A DNA stretch of 32,811 bases. Source: Chrysochromulina tobinii (lineage: Eukaryota). The DNA lies in assembly GCA_001275005.1 (NCBI GenBank), contig JWZX01002716.1:1-32811 (forward strand). Reading direction: 5' to 3'. Each line of letters starts with the position of its first letter. Within the stretch, counting starts at the first letter, position 1. Shown here piece after piece: positions 8,683 through 17,985 of the stretch. Below the pieces are notes generated by a model that saw nothing but the letters and a program-made list of their open reading frames with translations, was not told the DNA's origin and made no database searches. A program made the translations under genes and the position numbers.

Positions 8683-9559
8683 CCGGCTTGACTGCGAGCA
8701 GACCTTCTACTTCCTCGGGTTTGACCCTCGTCATCGCGAGCTCCTCTTGTACGACCAATGCGCCTCTCATCTTGGTTCGAAGCGCCTTGACGTCATTCTT
8801 GAACACCTTGCCATGCTTGACTAGCAGCACATGGAGCGCGTACTTGATCCCGTCCGGCACTCGGTTGTTGAGGTGAGCGTACGTTTGGTCGCGGCTGGCC
8901 GATTTGGGCACCCATCCGAGGGCCATCGCAATCTTCCATACATGCGTGTCGACCGGGAAGTCAGCGCGCTTGAGACAGAACATAAGCACGCATGAGATGG
9001 TCTTGGCGCCCACACCTTTGAAGGAGCCGAGCACGCGCTTCACTTCTTCGTCGGGCTCGTCGCGCAGGTGCTCGAGGGAGCACTCGCCGCGCTCCTCGTG
9101 CAGACGCTCGAGGATGGCCTGGATGCGCGCCGTCTTCGTCTCCGCGAGGCCGCAGCTTCGGATCACGGTCTCGAGGGCCGCTGGCGGCGAGGAGCGGACC
9201 GCCTCCCAGGTGGGGAATGCCTGCTTGAGCGCTAAGAAGCTGCGGTGGGATTGCACGTCTGTCGTATTCTGGGACAGGATGGTCCCCACGAGCGCGTCAA
9301 GGACGAGCTCACGTGAGCCACAGCCACCCTCGTCCTTCTTGGGCTTGCAGATCTCCTCCATGACCTCTGGGTGCAAAGTGGAGAGGGCTTCATGCACAGA
9401 TCGCACCTCGTGTTCCCGCGGGGCACTCCAATCTGGGAATGGGCCTTGGCACGCCTTCGTTTCCGGCTCCGACGCGCTGTGGCTCTTGCGCACGCGCTTG
9501 GTGGCGACTTCGTCGTCCGGCTGTTCCTTAACCATGCGGTTGCGCTTGGATGACGACAT
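8669..9559 (-). CDS. HhH-GPD superfamily DNA glycosylase (endonuclease III-like, 296 aa from MSSSKRNR)
   Basis: Motifs LVGTILSQNTTD, IRSCGLAETKTARI, HhH LGSFKGVGAKTISCVLMF (catalytic Lys), FPVDTHV (catalytic Asp), LGWVP and LHVLLVKHG. The ORF extension to 9928 overlaps the divergent gene and is not considered real. Confidence 0.93.
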   Translation of the reverse strand: MSSSKRNRMVKEQPDDEVATKRVRKSHSASEPETKACQGPFPDWSAPREHEVRSVHEALSTLHPEVMEEICKPKKDEGGCGSRELVLDALVGTILSQNTTDVQSHRSFLALKQAFPTWEAVRSSPPAALETVIRSCGLAETKTARIQAILERLHEERGECSLEHLRDEPDEEVKRVLGSFKGVGAKTISCVLMFCLKRADFPVDTHVWKIAMALGWVPKSASRDQTYAHLNNRVPDGIKYALHVLLVKHGKVFKNDVKALRTKMRGALVVQEELAMTRVKPEEVEGLLAVKPEPVD

Positions 9560-9737
9560 AATTCCTGCACTCGGCGATCCCCTGAGAAATCTCCGTTTCC
9601 TTTCTTCCAAAAACAAGCGCCATTCCGCAATTGGTAATAAATGTCCAATCAACCGCAAGAAGCGAGCTGCGGAACTGGCGCTTGGAATTGGAAATGCGTG
9701 TGATTCGCGATTGAAGATTTGCGCCACGCACCCCAGC

Positions 9738-10946
9738 ATGGAAATGCAAATCTTGTCTCGTGAATTGCTCGTGCTGCACGTCTCGTCCTCGAAGCTAGCC
9801 TCACGGCAGCGTATCAAGCAGAACATCATGGCTGTTGGTCCTTTGGCATCGTGGGCTGTGGTGCTGTATGATCGCTCTTCGACAGAACAGTGGCTTGAGG
9901 CCAAACTTGCAGCCGCGCGTGTTGGCACCGAATTCGTCGTGCGAAGAGGTACCTTGCCAACGGCCCCGGCGAAGACGATGAACGGTAAGCCGTTCTATCC
10001 CAAGATGCTCTTCTGGCTGCAGGCGATGGACCTGATTGCAAAGCACAACTTTGTCTGGCTCGCCGACGAAGACATGTCGTTTCGGAACTTTCCTATCGAC
10101 GCTTACTGGCATCGACTGACTGCAGCGTTTGGTAAGCGTGGGCCTCCTGTCATCTCACAACCTACCATCGCCGCCAGGGCCACGCTCAAATTTGGCGATC
10201 CGCGAGGCAAATGGATAGAGTTCCTCAACGCCGCGGAGTTTTGGGATGGCTCTGGCGTGGTCGCTGCAGAGACCTCATACGTGGAGCAGCAGGCGGCGGT
10301 GGTCGACGCGAGATTTTTCGTGCGCGAGGGGGCGACTTGGGAGGCCCTCGCTCGCGCACAGCATGCTCATGGCTCCGACTTCGCGCTGGATAGCCTTTGG
10401 TGCGGCGGGGCGACCTTGTTCGCGCCCGCACGAGTGGCATGCGCGGTTGTGACGATACCAATAGAGCACGATGACACCCGCGTCCTCAACTGGACGAGCG
10501 ACGAGAGCTTTAAGAAGCGCAGCCGCGAGCTCGAGAAGCAGGCATACACTGAGCTGGCGCCCTCTTGGTGGGACCACACTCAGCGATTGCGGATCGGCCT
10601 CTTTGTGCGCGAGATGGCCCTTCTCGAGGCCTCCGAGTTCACCTGCCTTGAGACGCGTGCCCAGGCATCCAACGTGTTTCCGGCAGCCGAAACGCGGCGG
10701 TATGCGTCGGCGACCGCTCTGCCGTGTCAGCTCACGCAGCTGCGGCGGTTCCCAATGGTTTACAACCGTCTTGGAGACATTGTGCTCGACGCGGCCACAG
10801 ATGCCGAATTGGGAACGCGCGCACGCCAGAGGGTGAGTCTTACGAGCAACCAGACAGCCGTCGCCGAGCTGATGCACAAGCTAGCACGCTCTCACTCGCC
10901 GGTGAAGGCGTGCTGTACGCGCGGCTCGTGGAAGTGTTGCTTTTAG
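9738..10946 (+). CDS. DUF707-like (GT-A-related) protein, 402 aa from MEMQILS
   Basis: Motifs WAVVLYD, FVWLADEDM, ISQP, YVEQQAAV and DFALDSLWC resemble the plant/algal DUF707 family (WDEDL, ISQP, FVE, WGLD). Confidence 0.7.
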   Translation: MEMQILSRELLVLHVSSSKLASRQRIKQNIMAVGPLASWAVVLYDRSSTEQWLEAKLAAARVGTEFVVRRGTLPTAPAKTMNGKPFYPKMLFWLQAMDLIAKHNFVWLADEDMSFRNFPIDAYWHRLTAAFGKRGPPVISQPTIAARATLKFGDPRGKWIEFLNAAEFWDGSGVVAAETSYVEQQAAVVDARFFVREGATWEALARAQHAHGSDFALDSLWCGGATLFAPARVACAVVTIPIEHDDTRVLNWTSDESFKKRSRELEKQAYTELAPSWWDHTQRLRIGLFVREMALLEASEFTCLETRAQASNVFPAAETRRYASATALPCQLTQLRRFPMVYNRLGDIVLDAATDAELGTRARQRVSLTSNQTAVAELMHKLARSHSPVKACCTRGSWKCCF

Positions 10947-11131
10947 GGCACATCGTGCGAGGCAAGGCACTGGGCCTTTCTTTACGTAACTATATGAACT
11001 TAAACTCACTCCGGGAAAGTTGTTCAGTGCCTCGTGTAGTGCCTCGTGTTAACGTTCACACCGTTGCGTTCTGCGTCCCATCCGCGAACCGAACTTTTCG
11101 CGGCGCCGACACTCTTGCCGACATTGCAAAC

Positions 11132-12481
11132 ATGCCTTCACCTCCACAACCTCCGCCACCGCCGCCACCGCCGCCACCGCCGCCACCGCCGCCACCGCCG
11201 CCAGCCGCGACCCGCGTTCCAGGCGTGCCGGGGCCACCACCGCCGCCTACACCGCCTCCACTTGCGTCCGTAGGTGCTCCGCCGCCGCCGCCCTCTGGAC
11301 CGCCCAATCCACCGCCGCCTGCTGGCGCGCCCAATCCACCGCCCGCACCCGGCGCGTCTCTTGCCCCGGCGCCGCCGCCTGCCCCACTCCAAGCAGCAGA
11401 GCCAGCGTGGAAGCGAAAGCAGCGCGAGAAGGAAGCGCAGGAGGCAGCAGTGAAGGAGGCAGCTGCCTCTGTAAAGAAGCAGGCATTCTCTTCGCCGCCG
11501 CTCGCTGCTCAGTGCGTGCGACTCTCGGGCAGCAGGGCTCTCGGGGACACCATCGCAAGCATCGTGGCCCAACGACAGCCGGAGGAGGTGACCCTTCTCG
11601 TCTTTGACTTTGACAAGACGCTCACCAATGGCCATGCCAGCCCAACCAGCTCCCTGGAGCAGCGCGTGCGCGGAGGCACCCACACCATCGAGGCGCTGCG
11701 CGAGACGCTTGCGACTCCAGGCATCCTCCGTAAAGTGCTCACTGCGCGACCGCCCACGAAGAGCTCTGTCGAGAGTGTGGCGCTGCAGCTCAATGGCTCG
11801 ATGCAACTTGGCGAGTTCTTTGCCACGGAGGCGAGCGCGGAGGAGTGCGCCCCGTTTGAGTACGGCAGCTGCGGGGCCATGATCGCGCACGCGGCCGACG
11901 TGTACGCGTCAGGTTACGACAAGCCCTCGGGCATCAGTGCGCTCGTGTTGGACACGTGCACGGTGGCAGCGGCACGCGCCAACACCAAGGTGGAGGAGCG
12001 GGCGTGTCCGCCCATCCGCGTGCACTTCTTTGATGACTCGGTCTCGAATGCGTACCGCGTATCGAGCGAGACCGTGCTGGCAACAGGCGCCGTGCCGGGC
12101 ATGGTAGGGGCGCTTCCACCGCAGTGGGACGTGCAGCTTACTGTATACTGGTGGGACCTGTACGTCTGATTGGCTCTGATTGGCTCTCACTTACGGTGTA
12201 CTGGTGGGACCTGTACTCTGATTGGCTCTGATTGGCTCTCATGGCTTCCAATGGCCTCTAATCGCTTCTCCAGTGCCTCCCTCATCAGGTACGTCGAGGA
12301 GTTTGAGGAGCAGAGCATCAATCCTGCGAGTCCGGACGCCGACTTCGCCCTCGCGCACGTGAGTGGTGAGCGTCGAGTGGGTCCGCCCTTCATGTACCAA
12401 AGCGCCTTGAGCGCCTTCGGCCTGAGCGAGACGGACGCCGCCGCGCGCGCGCCGCGCTACACCAGCGACGCGAAAGCATGA
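11132..12481 (+). CDS. Poly-proline N-terminus + HAD-superfamily hydrolase; exons 11132-12159 and 12289-12481
   Basis: HAD motifs: I LLVFDFDKTLT, II VLTAR, III YDKP, IV FFDD. The GT-AG intron 12160-12288 (129 nt, contains an in-frame TGA) joins WWDL-YVEEFEEQ in frame. Confidence 0.8.
12160..12288 (+). other. Spliceosomal intron with GATTGGCTCT repeats and a duplicated junction
   Basis: GTACGTC...TGCCTCCCTCATCAG; removal restores the reading frame. Confidence 0.85.
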
Positions 12482-13215
12482 GAGAGCTCGAACGACAAGC
12501 AGAAACCAGCGCACGAGCAGAACCACTAAGGTATTCGACTTTATCCATTTATAGGCGCAGCTCGTACGCCACGTGCACCCGACCGACCCGGACGAGGGTG
12601 TTGAGGCTTTACAGTCCTGGTTGATCTCTCAGGCCATGTGCTCGAGTCTGATTCGGTGATCTTGTATGTCTTCGGTCGCTCTGTGGTGTCGGAGCGCGGA
12701 GCCGGGCGCGGATTGCTTTGGGGGGGGGCGGGTCGACCGGCGACGCGCTCCGAGCTGAGCGCGGCGGCCGGCGGGGCCGGGGAAAACACGCTGGAAAAGG
12801 CTGGAAAACCGGGACAGGGAAAACGCTGGGAAAACTACGTCCGGTCGCAAACCGATAATCGAATATAGATGATAGTCACTTAACGCCATAGTCATAATTT
12901 AATACTGCGATCGGTCGAGCGGCGGGTCCGGGTGCGCGAACCGCGCGAGAGCCGCCTGCTCGCCACACACATCGCACACGTGCACGCACGTCGCGCGCGA
13001 CAAAATCGGCGGATAGCCGGCAAGCAGCATAGGACGATCGCATGGACGATCGCGGGACCGGGGGTGTACCTGTCTGCGGATTTTTGGCGTAACCCGTCAA
13101 GCCCACACGGCAGAACGTAGTCGGAAAGAGAGCGTGGCCACACGGCAGACCGGCCGTGGGCGGTGCGGGCGTGCGGCGCTGAGGCAAGCGTGCCGCGTGG
13201 AAGCATCTCTTCACC

Positions 13216-13779
13216 TCATTTCCTGACCTTCATGTAGCCGAGGACATAGTTGGCAGCGAACTTCTCAGGCGTGTCGCACATGAGAGGCTTTTTGAGCGCC
13301 TCTGCAGGGTCATCACCCATTGCTGCAAAAGTGGCCACGATGTCGCCGTTGTTCTGGCAGTAGGTGGTGAGGGCCCACCTCAAGATGTCGTGGTCAGGCT
13401 TGTTGCCCATTCGGCTAGCTCTCTCGAGAGCCGCTCTAAACATCTCATCCGTGACCGGAATGCCTCCTCCGCTGCCCACTCCTGAGGATGGTACCTCGAC
13501 AGTGATCTCGTCTCCTGGGCGGCAACCGTCAGGCACGGCAATGTTGAACGTCTGGCCGTCAAACTCGACGGTGAATTCATCGCCAGGGTAGCACCCTCTT
13601 GGGACGACAACGCTGACTGAATTGCTCTGTGCGGGCGGCACGTCGACCGTCAGATTGACTGCATCGCCCGGTCGGCAGCCTGCGGGACAAATCACTGAGA
13701 GCACCATGCCCTCGTACTCGAGCGTAAATTCATCGCCGCCGTATACGCCATCAGGTACAGTGACGGTGACTTCGGTCAT
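13216..13779 (-). CDS. Hypothetical protein (187 aa) with four V-x-[VC]-P-x-G-x2-[PG]-G-D repeats (two duplicated ~50-aa units)
   Basis: VTVPDGVYGGDEF / VICPAGCRPGDAV / VVVPRGCYPGDEF / IAVPDGCRPGDEI. First in-frame ATG is at 13779. Confidence 0.8.
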   Translation of the reverse strand: MTEVTVTVPDGVYGGDEFTLEYEGMVLSVICPAGCRPGDAVNLTVDVPPAQSNSVSVVVPRGCYPGDEFTVEFDGQTFNIAVPDGCRPGDEITVEVPSSGVGSGGGIPVTDEMFRAALERASRMGNKPDHDILRWALTTYCQNNGDIVATFAAMGDDPAEALKKPLMCDTPEKFAANYVLGYMKVRK

Positions 13780-14063
13780 ATAGTCACAAGCGGGCGAAGC
13801 CGATGGAGCTGCGAACACGCAAGGGCCGATGGATTACATGAGGAGGCAGAGAGGAGGCCGTCCAGAGCAAGTTTCATAACTTCAAACTTGTAAAAGATGC
13901 AGGATAGTCAGAAAAGGCGTGCCTTTGTCTTGTTTCATGGGAGCTCCCAGCCTTGCTTATAGTTTGGACTTGACTTGACTTGACCCGACCTCCCTGTCGG
14001 TCGGGGCGGAGACGAGTGTGAGGCCAAGGCCGTGTGATCCCGAAATGTACCCCGGCGTCGACG

Positions 14064-15405
14064 ATGACCGAGGCTGCTCGATTGTCACGGAAAGCCATGA
14101 AGCGCGCGATTCAAAACGGGGCTTCTACGGGAAACGCCGAGACCGATGCAACGGTCCAAAAGTGGAAGCTGCAGGGTAAGCTGATGCGTGCAAAGGGCAA
14201 GAGAAAGGCCTTAAAAGGCGCAGGCGATTGGCCACAAGGCAAGCAGTGCGACTCGTACATCGATCACAGCGCTGGCTCGCCTATGAGCAGCGCTGCCATG
14301 ATCAGGTGGGCGAGTTCCAACAGCAGCCTGCTCGCCTATCTCTACCCGCAGAAGAAGCCGGAGACCGTGGAAGAGGGTTGGCAGGCCCTCTTGCCGGGCT
14401 GCCGCGTCGTGCCGTCGGGCTGCTGGTGCTTCCACGTAGCCGGCTCAATGGTAAAGGCCGATAATCCCCGTGGCGCGGAGAGGTGCGTGCCCAAGGACAC
14501 GTTGATGAACTGCATGGACCCGGCAGCTGGCGCGTTCCACATGATGTCAAGACGGAACTGCTCCTGCTTCGCGCAGCGGCCGGCTGCGCCGCCTTGCCTT
14601 TTTGGTGACATGCGCCCCGCTAAGCTGCTGGCCATCATCTCAGCGTGTCGCGCCGCCGGCGTAACACACATCATAGAGCAGGGCCGGTACGGCGGCTTGT
14701 CCGCGTACATTTACGCGCTGCATGGCTTCAAGGTGACTTCCGTCGAGCTACTTCCGCTCGTCGAGGTGAGCGCGGCCATGCGCACCCTCGCACCCCAGTT
14801 GACGATGGTCGACGCGGACGGCCGCGCCTCGGTCATCGAGCTCGTGAACGCCGCGCCCAAGGACGAGAAGCTTGCCGTCATCTTCGACGGCGAGAAGCGT
14901 CACACTGCTTACGAGACGTACTTGTCCGTCAAGCAGCGCGTCAGCCTCGCCGCCTTTGACGATTCCAATCTGGACTCGGGCGACTTCCCAAAGATGCTCC
15001 AGACGCGCGGCGAGGCCGCCTGGCACACATGGGACTGCGCCTTCATGCGCGAGCACAACGACTCGCATCCACTCCGTTTCCTTGAGAAGGAACTCATCGC
15101 GGCCGGGAAGCAACTGCTTGACAAGGAGCTCAGCACGGGTGTGCCCGGCAACGCTGTACAGAAGCTTCGCCGCCAAAAGCAGATTGACGAGCACGGCCGG
15201 CTGATGTTTCACGGTGGCATGGTACGAAGACAGGCCAGGAACCCGTGCGACCTCTAATTAGCGACTTCACCCAACCTCGTCTATGTTTCGACTGGCTCCT
15301 CGTTTCGTTACTGACCGCTCGCCGGCTTGATTCCTGTCTTGGCAGGAGGACCTCTCGCGTTTCCACACGACGCTTGTGCGAGGCGGGGGCGCATGGCTCG
15401 CTTGA
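14064..15405 (+). CDS. Class I SAM-dependent methyltransferase-like protein (Methyltransf_24-like); exons 14064-15221 and 15346-15405
   Basis: IIEQGRYGGLS (motif I), VTSVEL, AVIFDGEK and AAFDD. The intron 15222-15345 has a GTACG donor, a TACTGAC branch point and a pyrimidine tract ending in GCAG; splicing gives ...HGGM|EDLSRFHTTLVRGGGAWLA*. Confidence 0.65.
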
Positions 15406-15874
15406 GACCCACATCTTGGTTCGAGGTGCTCGCTTGCCGAACCCACAGGCATGCGCAGCTCGGGTACCTTCTTTGTTCTTGCTGATCATACTACCATTCC
15501 ACGGCTACAGCTGTATGCGCAAGGCCAACTCAACACGGGCGGGGTGGGGTGTTGGGGTACCTGCGGACTGCTAGCGCGGTCGTCAGCGACGGTGCCGTGC
15601 TGCGCGACCGTGCAAGACCGTCACCGTGCTCGGTCGGCTCCGTGAGGCGATCGCGCACACGTTAACGCACACGTGTCGACACGTGTTGCTCACGGTGAGT
15701 CGACCGATTGACCCTTCCTTTTGAGTGTGGTATGCTACACGCAGCCCGTGCACTCTAGTTGTTTTTCCATGGTCGGAGTCGACCCGGCTCGCTCACAGCT
15801 GGCGTGCGGGCCGGTACCGTCTTTCTCTCTTTCTTGTCCTCTTTGCTGTTTCGTGGCTCTCTCTATTCTCGCAC

Positions 15875-16318
15875 TCACGGCGCCGTCTGCGGGCGCTTGG
15901 CCGCTTCGCTCGCGGCGAAAGCGGCAAAGGCAGCGGAGCCCGCGCTGCCGTTCGGTCCTAGCGGCAGCTTGATGGCCGCCGTTTTTGGGCCCGGCTTGCC
16001 GTATCGCCTCTGCTCGTATTGGGTGCGCCATCTCTCAGTGATGTCGCGCTGGATATGCGCCGACTGGGGCCGGCGCGCGTAGCCGAAGGCCTCGAGCTCG
16101 GACTTGTTCTTGGCCTTCGCGGGCGCGGGCGAAGCGGGTGAAATGATGCCGCCTGGCCAGCAGAGGTAGAGAGCTCCATCCTTGGAGCCGACGCCCACGA
16201 CAGTTGCCTCGACGCCTAGCGGGGTGGCGATGATGTCGCGCACCTGGACCGAAAAGGGAGCGAGCGCCTCCGGCGTCTCGAGAAACGCTGGAGCTTTGCC
16301 CTTGCCCTTCTTACCCAT
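15875..16318 (-). CDS. Hypothetical protein (147 aa from MGKKGKGK)
   Basis: Coding-like GC3 bias, a small beta-rich segment (IIATPLGVEATVVGV..GALYLCWPGG), and RPQSA/RPQTA motifs. Confidence 0.7.
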   Translation of the reverse strand: MGKKGKGKAPAFLETPEALAPFSVQVRDIIATPLGVEATVVGVGSKDGALYLCWPGGIISPASPAPAKAKNKSELEAFGYARRPQSAHIQRDITERWRTQYEQRRYGKPGPKTAAIKLPLGPNGSAGSAAFAAFAASEAAKRPQTAP

Positions 16319-16535
16319 GTCCAGCACTAGGGCCGAAAGCGATGTTGGCGATGTTGAGCGCTCGGGGCGGACAAAGCAGTCCTTGAAACGACAAAATTGA
16401 GCTACATGTACAGGGACATCTTTGGAGCCGAGATTTAAATCGAGATTACCCACCACTCAGGATTTGAGGCTCCAGACACTTCCTCCTTACGCACCTGAAA
16501 CTTCACAGGCACCATTCACGGTTGCCGTCGCAAAA

Positions 16536-17369
16536 ATGGAAGACCCCTTCGACCAGGTCCGCGCGGGCGTGGAGAGCACGTTAAAGAAGGCCGAGCGCCA
16601 GCGCATAAAATGGGCCGAGGCGCGCCGGCAAAAGCCCGTGCGCCACGACGAGTGCAAGAAGCTACTGATTGAGTTGCTTTCATCGCTCGAACTCCTCGAG
16701 ACCGACCTTGAAGACCTGGATAGTGCTGTCTGCGCCGTCGAGAAGGCGCGCTCGCGCTTTCCTCACCTCAACGATGCCGATGTCGAGTCGCGTCGCACGT
16801 TCGTGCGCAACAACAAGCGTGCGACTGCGTCCATCCGCGATGAAGTCTCAACTCACACGACAAATGCCAGAAAGGGGACCAAAGCTCGGGCTAGCCTGCA
16901 AGAGCGTGAGGGCCTGCTGGCCTCGCCATCACCATTGGCTACGGTGAGGTCCGCTGCTTCAGCTGCATCCGCTGCGAGCGACAGCAGTGCTACTGCGACG
17001 CCGCCAGTGGCGGGGCTCGCGCCAGCGCTTGACGTGGACGTTCGGCATACGGCACGGATTGATGCGGAGCTCGGCCAGCATGCGATGCTGCAACAGGTCC
17101 AGATTGAGCAGCAGGACGACGCGTTGGAGGATCTCTCGGGCGCGGTCAGGCGGCTCAAAAGTATGGGGCTGGAGATCAACGACGAGCTCTCCTCACAGCA
17201 CCGCATGCTCAACGAGCTGGGCAATAACCTCGACCTCGCCACGAATACGATGGACTCGCTCAAGGGCAAGATGCAGACTATGATGAAGAGCAAAGACCGA
17301 GGCAAGTTTTGTGCCATCTTTGCGCTCACCATCGTCTTCTTTGGGCTCTTGATGCTTGTAATGTCGTAG
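16536..17369 (+). CDS. STX6: Syntaxin-6/10 / SYP61 / Tlg1-type Qc-SNARE (277 aa)
   Basis: Syntaxin-6 N-terminal domain (MEDPF...LEDLDSAV...FPHLNDADVESRRTFV), SNARE motif QQDDALEDLSGAVRRLKSMGLEINDELSSQHRML with zero-layer Gln, and a C-terminal TM anchor. Confidence 0.92.
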   Translation: MEDPFDQVRAGVESTLKKAERQRIKWAEARRQKPVRHDECKKLLIELLSSLELLETDLEDLDSAVCAVEKARSRFPHLNDADVESRRTFVRNNKRATASIRDEVSTHTTNARKGTKARASLQEREGLLASPSPLATVRSAASAASAASDSSATATPPVAGLAPALDVDVRHTARIDAELGQHAMLQQVQIEQQDDALEDLSGAVRRLKSMGLEINDELSSQHRMLNELGNNLDLATNTMDSLKGKMQTMMKSKDRGKFCAIFALTIVFFGLLMLVMS

Positions 17370-17985
17370 CACAGCGTAGGTATGTCGTCCTGCTGGTCGC
17401 GACAACCGGCGCCGCCCGGGGCGCCGGGGGGCCCGCGTGTATACGGTAGGACGCGGGGTGGGGCGAGCTAGGGCGAGCCGGGCCGCGTGCGCGCGTGGCC
17501 GGGTGCGAGCGCGCTGACCGCTGTCCACCGCATACTACTACCCGAGCGCACAAGATTAATAAAGATTTATTAACCAGAAACCACCGCATCGCCGTTCCTG
17601 AAGCGTGAAGGTGCGGCCTGAGCCGTGAGCGGCGCCGGCGGAGCGGCCGCGGCCGAGGCGCGGCAGCCGCGGAGCCGGCACCGGCGGACCGCACCGCCGG
17701 CACGGCGCGGCCACACGGTCGCGACTTTACCACTTTTACGCGACTTCGATCCCCGCCGTTGGTTCAACTAATACATTCAAAGTTGAGTTTGAGTAGACAA
17801 GGATGGCCAACAAGAGCTAGGGCGCAGCGGTGAGCTGGCATCCTGGGCCCAACGCGTCGACAGGACGTGTGCGCCGTTCGCGAGAGCGGCGAACATTAAG
17901 GGATACTGTACGCGACTACAAGCACCGTGTAGTCGAATAGGCTGGCAGTCACCTCCTCGATACCTTCCAACAGTGTGCGTGCAGC

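Noticed and set aside
8904..9737. N-terminal part of the 680-aa + ORF, and the 9560-9928 extension of the glycosylase ORF
   Set aside because: Antisense shadows of each other's genes with non-ATG starts; conserved motifs begin only after ATG 9738 (+) and ATG 9559 (-).
15873..15878. GTGAGT donor overlapping the stop of the 147-aa gene
   Set aside because: Possible, but no convincing downstream coding exon; the RPQTAP* ending is plausible as it stands.
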